In this document: positions 1-11,371 of the stretch, in pieces
How the letters are laid out: each line of letters starts with the position of its first letter
Position numbering within the stretch: position 1 is the first letter of the stretch
Source of the DNA: Pocillopora damicornis
Lineage: Eukaryota
Direction of reading: 5' to 3'
DNA length: 64,000 nucleotides
NCBI RefSeq assembly: GCF_003704095.1
Contig: NW_020846942.1
Coordinates: forward strand, 1,364,001 to 1,428,000
Made by a program: the position numbers and the translations under genes
The notes under the pieces: generated by a model
Told to the model about the DNA's origin: nothing
Database searches by the model: none
What the model saw: the letters and a program-made list of their open reading frames with translations, nothing else

Positions 1-138
1 GATCTTTGTTGTTATTTTACCGTTGTACTTCAAGATTTGTTAGATTCCTTGCGTAATTTAGCCTGCGCACAGAAGGGTATAGGGCATTGCGGAAGAAAAT
101 TATCATAAACAAAAAGAAATCCCTCGTCATGTGGCGAA

Positions 139-184
139 GTCTCCGTGGCGCAATCGGTTTGCGCGTTCGTCTGTTAACTGGAAA
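139..184 (+). pseudogene. 5' half of a tRNA-Asn(GTT), truncated after the anticodon arm
   Basis: GTCTCCGTGGCGCAATCGGTTTGCGCGTTCGTCTGTTAACTGGAAA closely follows the metazoan tRNA-Asn 5' half (GTCTCYGTGGCGCAATCGGTTAGCGCGTTCGGCTGTTAACCGAAA). The T-arm/B-box and 3' acceptor strand are absent. Confidence 0.75.
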
Positions 185-1228
185 TTTGACTAAAAAGACT
201 AAACGTCATGAACAGGCTACCGCTAAAAAGGAAATGCTAGAGGCGCAAGCAAAAGCAATGGTACTTGATGAGAAACTGAGAGAAGCACGGGAACTGCTTA
301 AAGGATTACAAACTCTTCCGCCAAAGAGTGACGAGAGCATGTCTGAGAGCACAGAAACACAAAAAACAGGGCAATGCAGTTCTGTTGTGGATGGCTCTTC
401 ACAGGAGTTAGACTCAAAAAGTATAACTGCAGGTTTTAATCCATAAAAAAATGTCATAAGTCCCGTCTATTGTTGGCCCCCCCCCCCTTTGTTAAACAAC
501 TTGAGTTTATTAAGGGTATGTTGGCCTCTAGAGGAAAACCTTGGCTATAAGTTTGACACCAAGCGAAAGGGCTAACACAAGCGTTTGTGATCAGTTTCCC
601 CGTCTGAGCTTTCTTTTTTAGGTAGTGTGAGCGAAGGGTTTTAGCTTAGAAAAGATATCCCTTCTGAGAAGATTAGCACGAAAACTCGCCAACCTTTTAA
701 AGAGTAAGAACACCCATAGCAACTCGTGGCCTGAAGAGGATTTCTTGGGTAATGGAGACCAAGCATCTAAACGGGGTCACTATGCAACCCAAACGCTTTT
801 AATTCGAGGTGCAATTGTCCAAAAAATTGTTTCAAGTAATCTAAGATGAGCTGCAATAGTTCAATGGTTTCAGGACTTTTTGAGAATGTTGAAGGGTGTT
901 AATTTGTCGCAGCTTTGCTCCAAAAAGATTGATTCACTTACAATTATTAGTTTAAGACATATCAAAAAACAAAAAAACCCAAGTGAATTTAGAATTCCTT
1001 CTCCGAGCCTATACTAAGTAACAAATGAGGCTAGGTAAGTGTTAAAATCCAAAATCTTTAGCACAGGAAATGTTTCCAGGTTGTTAATTTACAAGAAATT
1101 GAACGAGTACTGAACAAATAGTGGTCGCACCGAAACATCTTTGAGTTACTCACCAGTGCTTCTCACACCGAAACTTGAATAACTTGTTTTCTGGCCTTTT
1201 TAAGATTCATAAGACTTATATGTACTAG
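185..1228 (+). pseudogene. Inverted degenerate copy of the C-terminal coding end and 3' UTR of the giant coiled-coil gene
   Basis: The translation LTKKTKRHEQATAKKEMLEAQAKAMVLDEKLREARE...VVDGSSQELDS matches the end of ORF 20082..27557. The non-coding part matches the reverse complement of ~19553-20080, with an extra ~275 bp insertion at ~572-847. Confidence 0.85.
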
Positions 1229-1389
1229 AGGGTTGTTCAATACCAGGGCTCGATACAAGTCGTCTAATGTATTCACGAGTCGAACGATCCGTAAGAGTCG
1301 TCTTATGTGTCACGACTCGTACGATTCGTCGAACCATGAATATTCATTAAGGAAACGATGGAAACGAAACGAGTCGTAAGGCTCTACTG

Positions 1390-1560
1390 TCTATCCATGA
1401 ATGTCATTAGGGAGACTACACGATTTAAAGGAGCGTGGGCGGAGTTGATATGCCAGGCTTCCAAACAAAGGCGCTGGTGGTAACGTCGATTAGTGGTGAA
1501 AATTTTAGAATTGTCCCACCCAACTGCATGGTTAGTTAGGCATGTGTGCTCCGATAAACA
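1390..1560 (-). mobile_element. Penelope-like retroelement fragment (C-terminal part of GIY-YIG endonuclease region)
   Basis: LSEHTCLTNHAVGWDNSKIFTTNRRYHQRLCLEAWHINSAHAPLNR fits the EH...H...WDN...R...EAWHI...LNR pattern at the end of Penelope ORFs. Confidence 0.7.
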
Positions 1561-1708
1561 CTGTAACTCCTCAGTTACATTCGTTAAATCTTTAAACCAG
1601 AGTAGCATCAAACCATGTCTGATTGTCCACCTGGTTGCTTTGTGCACTTTGATGCAAGAATTACTTTCGTTACACAAGTTCGAGCTGTTCGAACTTACAC
1701 AGAACTAT

Positions 1709-2460
1709 TTAAACACTGTCTGGATACTGGATCATACTAATAGCGTCATTAATAAACGGAAGCATCATTTTGACATCGAGGAAGACACCATATTGTCCCG
1801 CATTCGAACATTCGTCTTCGGCAGAAGCTACGCCTGTTAATACAAATCGTCCATCGATCCCTGGACAAACTAGAGGCGCACCCCTCTCGACATTACAACC
1901 TTGTGCTTTCCCTCGGGTGAAGTTTGCACATACTTCATACTCGGAGAGTTTTCCACTGTATGATGCATTACAGTCTTGAAATGGGGCTATTTCAACTTGG
2001 GCTTTGTTTAACACATCCGTGAAATTCCCGTCCTTGTTGGCAAACTGCCAACTGGTCACATAACACGAAGAATTTACAATAACGTTTGCATCGTCTTCCG
2101 GAAGACAGATAGGAAGAACTCGCTTGTGAAGGACAGCTTTTCGCTTCAATTTCAGCAGTGTGACATGCTGTTTTGCACTTGTGTAAATTTCTTTGACTTT
2201 AATACTTTCTTCGTATCCCTCGATGACTGTTCGGTCATGTTCACCGAGCCGGACCATCCAGTTATCGGTACTATGGCTTGTGTTCACACAAGTTGCCGAA
2301 GTCAGTATCCAGTGCCGGTTGATCAGAGAGCCGCTACACGCATGCCTATCTTTGAATAGCAGCTCAACCTGCCACGGCCAGGAGTTGGGACGAGCCTCAT
2401 TATGGCTGAGAGCAGGAGAACTTTCTGAGGATAGGAAGCGGGTGCCACATTTCGGATGAC
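1709..2460 (-). CDS. Polyserase-like gene, terminal exon: catalytically inactive trypsin-fold domain (domain 4)
   Basis: Acceptor tctgtttag|GTCAT at 2460 (phase 1). The exon reads HPKCG...NSWPWQV...CSGSLI. TSATC replaces TAAHC, HVTLLKL replaces DIALLKL and CNVERGAP replaces GDSGGP. There is no R-IVGG activation site. Confidence 0.85.
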
Positions 2461-2724
2461 CTAAACAGAATGAATAAAATAATCGAAATTCATCGGAGAA
2501 TCGCCATCATTAAATTACCGTCTGAAATAAAGAAGTTTACAGTCTCTTCAGTGCGGTTATTAAATTGGCTATGCTCTTCTGTCAATATTCTCTTCTTAAA
2601 ATTTCGCGAGTTTTCTTTCAAATTTTAAATGTAAATTTTTGGAAAACAAGGCACACCTGTATAAAGAAAAGTTAAGCAAGTGTATGTGAGAATTGAGGCA
2701 ATGATGGGTAACAGAAAAACCTTA

Positions 2725-3017
2725 AGGCGGCGAAATATGAGATACAGAAACCCTCAGTTTATCACGCAACATGAGCAAATTTGTTGCGTGACAAGTTGTG
2801 AGTTTGATGAAAAACGAGAAACAAACCCAAAATTTGCTGCTCAAAGTAGACCCGCGCTCTACTTTTCGCAATAAATTTCTTCAACCTGCAACAAATGTTT
2901 TTGTTGCACGACAAGTTGATCATGCATGGTGAAAAACGGGAAACATCGACCAAAACTTGCAACAAAACAATGTTGCGCGACAAGTTAAGGGTTTTTGTAT
3001 CTCGTATTTCGCCGCCT
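2725..3017. mobile_element. PIF/Harbinger-type MITE
   Basis: ~45 bp imperfect TIRs (AGGCGGCGAAATAYGAGATACA...), with TTA on both sides. The duplicate intron near 8498 carries an empty site with a single TTA. Confidence 0.85.
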
Positions 3018-3317
3018 TTACTCGTTAGGTTAACCTTTAGAGCAAACCTAACGAAGCAGATCTAAAAGGCAACCAAAGCCGTTTAGATACTTCTTTTCTT
3101 TTCACTCAGGGTGCTTTTCCATCAGTTAATTGTCATTAAAACTAAACCAAGAACAAAGGAAAATAGCTGAAAGGCGAAAAAGACAACCAAATAAGGCTAC
3201 GATTTGTTTCTGTTTTGCTACTCAGTAATTTGTTTCCATCGGGTAACACGTATTCTTATCGACCAATCACAGAGCGAGGCAAAAATGCACTATGTCGGCT
3301 AATTCTACACGACTTAC

Positions 3318-4076
3318 CGTATAGGGTACCCTCAATGAATGGCAGCATGTAGCGCACATCTAAATACACGCCATATTTATTAGCTCGGGCGCAGCCTTCA
3401 CCCCAGCTTACAACGCCCGTCAGTACGAAACGGCCATCCTCATTTTGACAAGCCAGCGGTCCTCCGCTATCACCAACACACGTGTCTTTACCACCGCCTT
3501 GAAAACCAGCGCAAAGATAACGTTCGTGTATAGTACCATTGTAAGAAATATTGCTGTTACAGACTTCTTTAGATACGAGGTTCACCTCCACTTCTCGAAG
3601 AACATCTGAATACTCAGTAGCATTTTCTTCTTGCATTCCCCATCCGGTGGCAAAACAGGATTTGCCTGTTGGAAAGGTAGTGTCCATATCAGGCAGACAT
3701 ATTGAATGTACTCGGCTGTGGAACACCGCTGGTCGCTTGAGCTTGACGAGGGCGATGTCGTAATCATCGAAAGAAGGGTCCAATCCCGGATGTATCGTGA
3801 CGTATTCAATTGCGATCCTTTCCTCGTAGCCTTCGAATTTTGTCGCGTTATGTTCCCCAACCCTTACATGCCACCAGTCTACTTGTGGAATATAATAAAA
3901 GCAATGGCCTGAGGTCACAACCCACGAAGGATCAATCAGCGAGCCGCCACAATAGTGAGAAGTACCATCAACAAAAAGAGCGACTTGCCATGGCCAGGTG
4001 TTGGGGTGAGCTTCTAGGCCTCCTACGATTCGGGAGGAAGGGGAAGGAACTGGACGAACACCACAAGATGGATATC
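3318..4076 (-). CDS. Polyserase-like gene exon: trypsin-like serine protease domain 3
   Basis: Acceptor tttctag at 4077 and donor TACG|gtaagt at 3318. Motifs SSR-IVGG, TSGHC, DIAL and GKDTCVGDSGGP (S1 Asp). Confidence 0.92.
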
Positions 4077-4639
4077 CTAGAAAATGGTAGAGTAACCAGA
4101 CAGAGAAGATTAGAACGTACATGAAAATCCTTTTAAGGAACCTTTACATTTGTGTATGGAGGTATCAAATGCCAAGTTCGAGGCTCTAAAATAAGATGTG
4201 TCTTTGACCAAACCTTGTGTAAAACGTTAAACATGACTTTTTTCATGCTTTTTTTAATCTTTCTCATCGTCACAAATTAAACCACTATCTTAATTTCAAG
4301 GAAAGTATCCTGAAATAATTCCCTGGAACTTGTAACAACCAAATTCAAATAATCCATAAAGCCAATGTTTTTTTTTTCAATATTTTTTTACATTAAATGT
4401 TGTAACTGGCACTATATGCACATGTACTATATCACACGACCCCTCAAGCATGTAATGCCTNNNNNNNNNNNNNNNNNNNNNNNNNNNNNNNNNNNNNNNN
4501 NNNNNNNNNNNNNNNNNNNNNNNNNNNNNNNNNNNNNNNNNNNNNNNNNNNNNNNNNNNNNNNNNNNNNNNNNNNNNNNNNNNNNNNNNNNNNNNNNNNN
4601 NNNNNNNNNNNNNNNNNNCTTACTTACTTACTTACTTAC

Positions 4640-5407
4640 CGTGCAGAGTGCTTTCAATGAATGGCGACATATAGCGTACATCTAAATACACGCCATATTT
4701 ATCAGCAACGCAACCGTCTCCCCATGAAACGATCCCGGTTAAAGTAAAACTTCCATCGTCCTTTGGACAAGCCAGTGGCCCTCCACTGTCACCCCTGCAC
4801 GAGTCTTTACCACCAGCTTCAACACCTGCGCAAAAATAACGTTCGTGTATGATCCCATCATAAGAGATGTTGCTGTTACAGACTTCTTTAGATACGAGGT
4901 TCACCTCTACTTCTCGAAGAACATCTGAATACTCAGCTGCATTCTCGTCCTGCTTTCCCCATCCGGTGGCAAAACAGGATTTACCAGTTGGTAAACCAGT
5001 GTCCATGTCTGGAAGACAAATGGCATGTACCAGCTTATGGAAAACCGCCGGTCGCTTGAGTTTGACGATCGCGATATCGTAATCGCCAGGATGTTTTTCG
5101 TCGCCTATAATGAATCCGGGATGGACTACTATGTTTTCAATATCAATCATTTCCTCGTATCCTTCGAATTTAGTTTCGTTGTGTTCACCAACCCTGACCT
5201 GCCATTGATCTGGTTTAGTGTACACATAGAAACAGTGAGCTGAAGTCACAACCCATAAAGGATCGATTAGAGAGCCTCCACAGTAGTGAGAAGTACCATT
5301 GACCAGAAAATCGACCTGCCACGGCCAGGAGTTGGGGCGAGCTTCGCGTTCAACAACGATACGAGACATTAAGGAAGGAAATGGCCGAATACCGCATTGT
5401 GGGTAAC
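4640..5407 (-). CDS. Polyserase-like gene exon: trypsin-like serine protease domain 2
   Basis: Acceptor cgttccag at 5408 and donor CACG|gtaagt at 4640. Motifs YPQCG..MSR-IVVE, TSAHC, DIAI and GKDSCRGDSGGP. Confidence 0.92.
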
Positions 5408-5708
5408 CTGGAACGAGAATTAAATAGTTTGGATGGATATGTGTATCACGTCAGAGAACTGTATTTAAATTTAATCCCACTATGATTCATAATACTTGGC
5501 TGTGAAGGATATGAAAAGCTATCGAGTAGCTGGTGATGTCTTGTTGAGGTAAGTGAAGTGTTTTAAGTATGTTCATTGGTAAGACGGGTAGAGTTATCAA
5601 ATACGCATCTCACAGTTTTACAAAAATACTCTTTAAGCTTTTTTCTGATGTGCACTAGGTGTTGTTATAAATGTAAACACTCGATTGAAGAAACGCCTAA
5701 AAGGTATG

Positions 5709-6091
5709 ATCCATGAACGATGAGACCCAAATTTTTGCACAGTTACATAATCAGTGATTTACTTTTTCCATTATTTATGGAAAATATTTGTTTAGGACAA
5801 TTCTTTTCTGTCAGGAAAGCTGGGTGGCTTTTATCATTTACCACGTGCAGCTAATAGTCCATTTGCTTGAACCGGAATGAGACTTAGGGTGATACAAACC
5901 TTGCTGCTTTTCAAATGCAAATTACTTTGTTATCATGCCAACTAGATACTGGTCTCTATCACAACAAGGTCACCTTCAGCCTCACTCCAAATCAAAGGCT
6001 TGGCAACTAAGTACACAACTGTAAAATGGCCTATTGCAGTTGCCATGGACATGTGTACCCAGAAAGCCATTGGGTCTCATCGTTCATTGAT
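5709..6091. mobile_element. TIR element with a second MITE nested at ~5853-6034
   Basis: Outer 22 bp inverted repeat ATCCATGAACGATGAGACCCAA / TTGGGTCTCATCGTTCATTGAT (21/22 match). The inner element is bounded by AATAGTCCATTT / AAATGGCCTATT. Confidence 0.6.
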
Positions 6092-6157
6092 AACGCTTTT
6101 TAGCCGTCGTTTTTACAATCGAGAGTATATTTTATTACCATCTTATTTAGTGCATAC

Positions 6158-6949
6158 CATATATGGTGCTTTCAATAAAGGGGAGAAATCTGCGGACATC
6201 AGCGTAAACCCCATATTTTTGCGGTCTCGCACATCCGACACCCCAAGTCACCACACCAGCCAGCACCCACTTTCCTGCGCCATCTTGACATACTAGGGGT
6301 CCTCCACTATCTCCTTGACAAGCGTCTTTTCCACCTTCAGGATATCCTGCGCACATGTAACGCTCCTTAATGTTACCGTTATAAGAGTCCTCTTTGTTGC
6401 ATTCCTCAAAAGAAACTAACGGCACTTCGTTCTCTCGAAGAATATCGGAAAAATTTCCATTTTCTTGGGTGTGACCCCAACCTGTCAAGAAGCACATTCG
6501 GCCAACCTCGTCGCTGATAGTCGAGTCTTCTTTGGGCAGACACACCGGACCGACTCGACTGTAGAACGTGACTGGTCTCTTCAGACGGTAAAGAGCAAAG
6601 TCGTAGTCTCCAGCGCTGACCATCGTCGGGCGGTTGTGTTTAAATCCCGGATGTATGTAGACCCTGTCTCCTTCGATAACCTCTTCGTAGCCCTCGAGGA
6701 CCTTGCTGTTGTGCTCTCCAACGCGTATTTCTTTTGGTGCCGATGAGTAAATTTCATCCACACAGTGAGCGGCTGTAATGATCCACTGAGGGTGAATGAT
6801 GGAGCCCCCGCACCAGTGCTTAGTCCCATTCTCTAGAAATTCAACTTGCCACGGCCATGAGTTTGGCTTAGCGATGTCGCCGCCGACAACTCGCTTTTGG
6901 CGGGAATGATAAATTTCGTCTTGTCGGCGACTTCCACATTTTGGAAAAT
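6158..6949 (-). CDS. Polyserase-like gene exon: trypsin-like serine protease domain 1 (upstream exons lost in gap)
   Basis: Acceptor ctttgcaaag at 6950 and donor TATG|gtatgc at 6158. Motifs FPKCG...RQKR-VVGG, TAAHC, DFAL and GKDACQGDSGGP. Confidence 0.92.
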
Positions 6950-7038
6950 CTTTGCAAAGAAAAAGAAGTTTTTACTGATTTACAATAGAGAGGAAACTTA
7001 TCAGAGATAAAGAAAATCGTGTTTTTGTATGACGACGT

Positions 7039-7138
7039 NNNNNNNNNNNNNNNNNNNNNNNNNNNNNNNNNNNNNNNNNNNNNNNNNNNNNNNNNNNNNN
7101 NNNNNNNNNNNNNNNNNNNNNNNNNNNNNNNNNNNNNN
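7039..7138. other. Assembly gap (others at 4461-4618, 15213-15312, 17632-17731, 38758-38857, 41318-41417, 63771-63870)
   Basis: Runs of N. Most are exactly 100 long, so they are placeholders of unknown size, and order and orientation across them are uncertain. Confidence 0.98.
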
Positions 7139-7885
7139 TTCGTCCAGTTCCTTCCCCTTCCTCCCGAATCGTAGGAGGCCTAGAAGCTCGCCCCAACACC
7201 TGGCCGTGGCAAGTTGATCTTCTCGTAAATGGTACTTCTCACTATTGTGGCGGCTCGCTGATTGATCCTTCGTGGGTTGTGACCTCTGGCCATTGCTTTT
7301 ATTTTTTTCCACAAGTAGACTGGTGGCATGTTAGGGTTGGGGAGCATAACGAGACAAAATTCGAAGGCTACGAGGAAAGGATCGAAATTGAACACGTCAC
7401 GATACATCCGGGATTAAACCTTTCTTACGGACCCGGCGATTACGACATCGCCCTCGTCAAGCTCAAGCGACCAGCGTTGTTCCACAGCCGAGTACATTCA
7501 ATATGTCTGCCTGATATGGACACTACCTTTCCAACAGGAAAATCCTGTTTTGCCACCGGATGGGGAAGGGAAGAAGAAAATGCAACTGAGTATTCAGGTG
7601 TTCTTCGAGAAGTGGAGGTGAACCTTGTATCTAAAGAAGTCTGTAACAGCAATATTTCTTACAATGGTGCTATACACGAACGTTATCTTTGCGCTGGTTT
7701 TCAAGGCGGTGGTAAAGACTCGTGTGGTGGTGATAGCGGAGGACCGCTGGCTTGTCAAAATGAGGATGGCCGTTTCGTACTGACGGGCGTTGTAAGCTGG
7801 GGTGAAGGCTGCGCCCGAGCTAATAAATATGGCGTGTATTTAGATGTGCGCTACATGCTGCCATTCATTGAGGGTACCCTATACG
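7139..7885 (+). CDS. Inverted duplicate of trypsin domain 3 exon (5' end in gap)
   Basis: RPVPSPSSR-IVGG...TSGHC...DIAL...GKDSCGGDSGGP...TLYG|gtaagt. Highly similar to the reverse complement of 3318-4058. Confidence 0.9.
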
Positions 7886-8400
7886 GTAAGTCGCGTAGAA
7901 TAAGCCGACATAGTGCATTTTTTCCTCGCTCTGTGATTGGTCGATGAGAATACGTGTTACCTGATGGCAACAAATCACTGCGAAGCAAAACAAAAACAAA
8001 TCGTAGCCTTGTTTGGTTGTCTTTTTCGCCTTTCAGTTATTTTTCTTTGTTCTGATTAGCCATTGGTATAGCTTTGGTTTAGTGTTAATGACAATTAACT
8101 GATGGAAAAGTATACACTGAGTGAAAAGAAAATAGGTACGGCTACACGGCTACCCTATACGGTGAGTCGTGTAGATTAACCCAGCATAGTGCATTTTTGC
8201 TTCGCTCTTTGATTGGTCGATGAGAATACATGTTACCCGATGGCAACAAATCCCTGAGTAGCAAAACAAATCAAATCGTGGCCTTGTTTGGTTGTTTTTT
8301 CCGCCTTTCAGTGATTTTAATTTGTCCTGATCAGTCACTGGTGTAGCTTTGGTTTAGTTTTAACTGATGGAAAAAGTATATACTAAGTGAAAAGAGAATA
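7873..8400 (+). repeat. Tandem duplication (~275 bp unit) spanning an exon donor site
   Basis: TACCCTATACGGTRAGTCG...GATTGGTCGATGAGAATAC...GGCAACAAATC occurs at ~7875 and again at ~8151. The minus-strand copy has only one unit. Confidence 0.8.
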
Positions 8401-8747
8401 AGTATCTCAACGGCTTTGGTTGCCTTTTGGATCCGCTATCGTCCAGCTCTTACTGTGTCTGGCAGGTTAAGTTTGGTCTTAAGGTTTACCTAGTGAGTAA
8501 TATTTTGCTGTTACCCATTATTGCCTAGAACTGTCACGTACACTTGCTTAACTTTCCTTTGTACAGATGTACCCTGTTTTCAAAAAAATTCACATTTGAA
8601 ATCTGAAAGAAAACTCGCGAAATTTTTTAAGGGCACGGCCAATTCAATAAATGCACTGAAAAGACTGTTAACTTCTTTATTTCAGACAGTTATTTTGATG
8701 GTGGCGATTCTCCGATGAATTTTGATTATTTTATTCATTCTGTTTAG

Positions 8748-9481
8748 GTCATCCGAAATGTGGCACCCGCTTCCTATCCTCGGAAAGTTCTCCTGCTCTC
8801 AGCCATAACGAGGCTCGTCCCAACTCCTGGCCGTGGCAGGTTGAGCTGCTATTCAAAGATACGCATGCGTGTAGCGGCTCTTTGATCGACCGGCACTGGA
8901 TTCTGACTTCGGCAACTTGTTTGAACACAAGCCACAATACCGATAACTGGATGGTCCGGCTCGGTGAACATGACCGAAAAGTCATCGAGGGATACGAAGA
9001 AAGTATTAAAGTCAAAGAAATCTACACCAGTGCAAAACATCATGTCACACTGCTGAAAATGAAGCGAGAAGCTGTCCTTCACAAGCGAGTTCTTCCTATC
9101 TGTCTTCCGGAAGACGATGCAAACGTTAACGTAAATTCTTCGTGTTACGTGACCAGTTGGCAGTCTGCCAAAAAGGACGGGAATTTCACGGATGTGTTGA
9201 ACGAAGCCCAAGTTGAAATAGCCCCATTTCAAGACTGTAATGCATCATACAGTGGAAAACTCTCCGAGTATGAAGTATGTGCAAACTTCACCCGAGGGAA
9301 AACCCGAGGTTGTAATGTCGAGAGGGGTGCGCCTCTAGTTTGTCCAGGGATCGATGGACGATTTGTATTAACAGGCGTAGCTTCTGCCGAAGACGGATGT
9401 TCGAATGCAGGACAATATGATGTCTTCATCGATGTCAAAATGATGCTTTCGTTTATTAATATGACTATCAGTGCGAACTAG
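8748..9481 (+). CDS. Inverted duplicate of the inactive trypsin-fold terminal exon
   Basis: Acceptor tgtttag at 8747. It carries the same TSATC and CNVERGAP substitutions, and ends ISAN* instead of ISMIQYPDSV*. Confidence 0.85.
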
Positions 9482-10850
9482 GATCCAGGCAGTATTTAAA
9501 TAGTTCTGTGTAAGTTAGAACAGCTCGAACTTTTGTAACGTGATTCCTACATTAAGGTTCACAAGACATTCCCGCGTGATTTTCCGCAAATTATTTACCA
9601 AATTTTTCCATACGCTCGAGACTTTTTATCTATCAAGTTTTATTTAAGTGTTACTTTAAAAACCCTTGCTTCCAGCTACTAAAAAAATATACCATGAACC
9701 GATGAAAAGACGCGTGTAATTATTTCCAGCACAGGCATAAATGAGGTTAGATAGGCTTATCATATCTCCTAAACGAGCATTGTAACCTATCTTTTTTATT
9801 GTATTTTTCAAAAAAGACATTGGTAGGGAACATTTAAGGAAAGTTTAACGAAATAGCTCGATAATTCTTTTTCTGAGAAATCGCCTTAAGACCGCTGACA
9901 TATCTTGTGATTGACTTCTCATAAACTCACTGTGATATTTTCCATTCTCCTGACTGGCTATTGTGACAAACTGTGGGTTTGATTTGCAGCACTCGATCAA
10001 ACAGGGCTCTACTAAAGAAGGGCGGAGTCAGCTAATTTTATGAGCGAAAGGTGGATATTTTTGAAGTCAAACCTTTTTAAAATTATTGTGATACGTCATT
10101 GCGTTGTCGCTCTTCCGAAATATGTAGAAGCTATTCTCGTCACTTCCGCCACGATGATGATATTTACTGTTCTAGTATATGCCAAAGAGGAATGACAACC
10201 AAGGGTTTACGAATTACGTGTGTTTTAAATGTCACAATTTATCAATCCCAAATGACCGTATCTTAAGGAATTTTCAAAGAATTTGTCAAAAGATTGTCTT
10301 CTCACCCACTGTCTTGACTAAGTCTTTAGAGGCGATCTCTCAGAGCGAACAAATCATGCATATAACTGTAGATTCACCCAAGCCAAAGCTTTCTATTTTC
10401 TCGTTCTTTTACCTCTTTACTCGCAGATTTACGGCAAACGTACAACGAGCATACCCCCCAGAATATATTTTAGAGATAATAATAACCATAAATTACTGAA
10501 GCTCCCGTTCATTCAATTTCAAAATTGTTAAAGGGAAAGTTTACCAGGTTTTCCACTGTTATATGATCACTCGCGAATAAGTTGCATAGTTGATCTCGAG
10601 AGCAATGGCAAGCATGGTTACCTTAATCGTTTCTGTGGGACATAACCGCTCCCTCAGTATAAACGGACATCAACCAGAGATTAACGCTACTACTAGATTT
10701 CCGAATTTGCGGGACGTCATAAGCTGAAAGTCAGCAACAGCACCTGATGAGTACACAGTATATCAGTAACATTAGTAATGAGATGATTTAAGTGCCCGTT
10801 TGGTTTGATATCCTTAGTCATGCTGCTTGACTTTTTCACCTTTTTATCTC

Positions 10851-10945
10851 ACTATTATTATTATCATTATTATTATTATTATCATCATCATCATCATCAT
10901 TATCATCATGATTGTTATCATTCTTATTATAATTATTATTATCAT
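10851..10945. repeat. (TAT/CAT)n trinucleotide microsatellite
   Basis: Directly visible tattattatcattattat...catcatcat run. Confidence 0.9.
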
Positions 10946-11371
10946 AGTCGACTAGAATTCAAGCAGCGTAATGTCTCGATTAAAAGCCAGATATCCAAGC
11001 TAGAGTCGTAAACATGAACATCTGAATTTTCTTAACAATTGAAACACCAAGAACTAGAGCTGATATGAGCGCTTTTCTTAAAGTAATCATCAGGGGATGA
11101 TTTGTTTCAAAATACCTTTTATCTGTTGTCGCTGACGCAATCACAGGTGAATAGTTCTCACTGAGCAACAAAATTCGCGGGAGCTCGACGTATAAGAATG
11201 ATATAAAATACTTCACACTGAATGATGATAAAAGTCGATCGGTCCAGAGGGAATCGTGGGTAATTATCATCACGTAATCTTTGATTTGTCACGGTAGATG
11301 AAATTATTTTCAGATGAAGACTTGTGACAAAAGTACAAATCTCAGCCATCCAGGAAATTGCAGTAGCTGAA

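Noticed and set aside
87-446. 119 aa ORF as a real gene
   Set aside because: It starts at TTG and is a chimera of flank, tRNA half and duplicated gene tail.
3256-4122. Stand-alone protease with apparent signal peptide MYVLIFSVWLLYHFLG
   Set aside because: The hydrophobic stretch is the translated polypyrimidine tract before a canonical acceptor, and the C-terminal tail reads through a consensus donor. The exon model fits better.
10640-10775. Hammerhead ribozyme (CTGATGAG at ~10744), and similar degenerate motifs near 38130-38210 and 42650
   Set aside because: The required downstream GAAA core is missing. At best these are decayed Penelope terminal remnants.
10805-11011. His/Tyr-rich ORF
   Set aside because: It is the translation of a TAT/CAT microsatellite.
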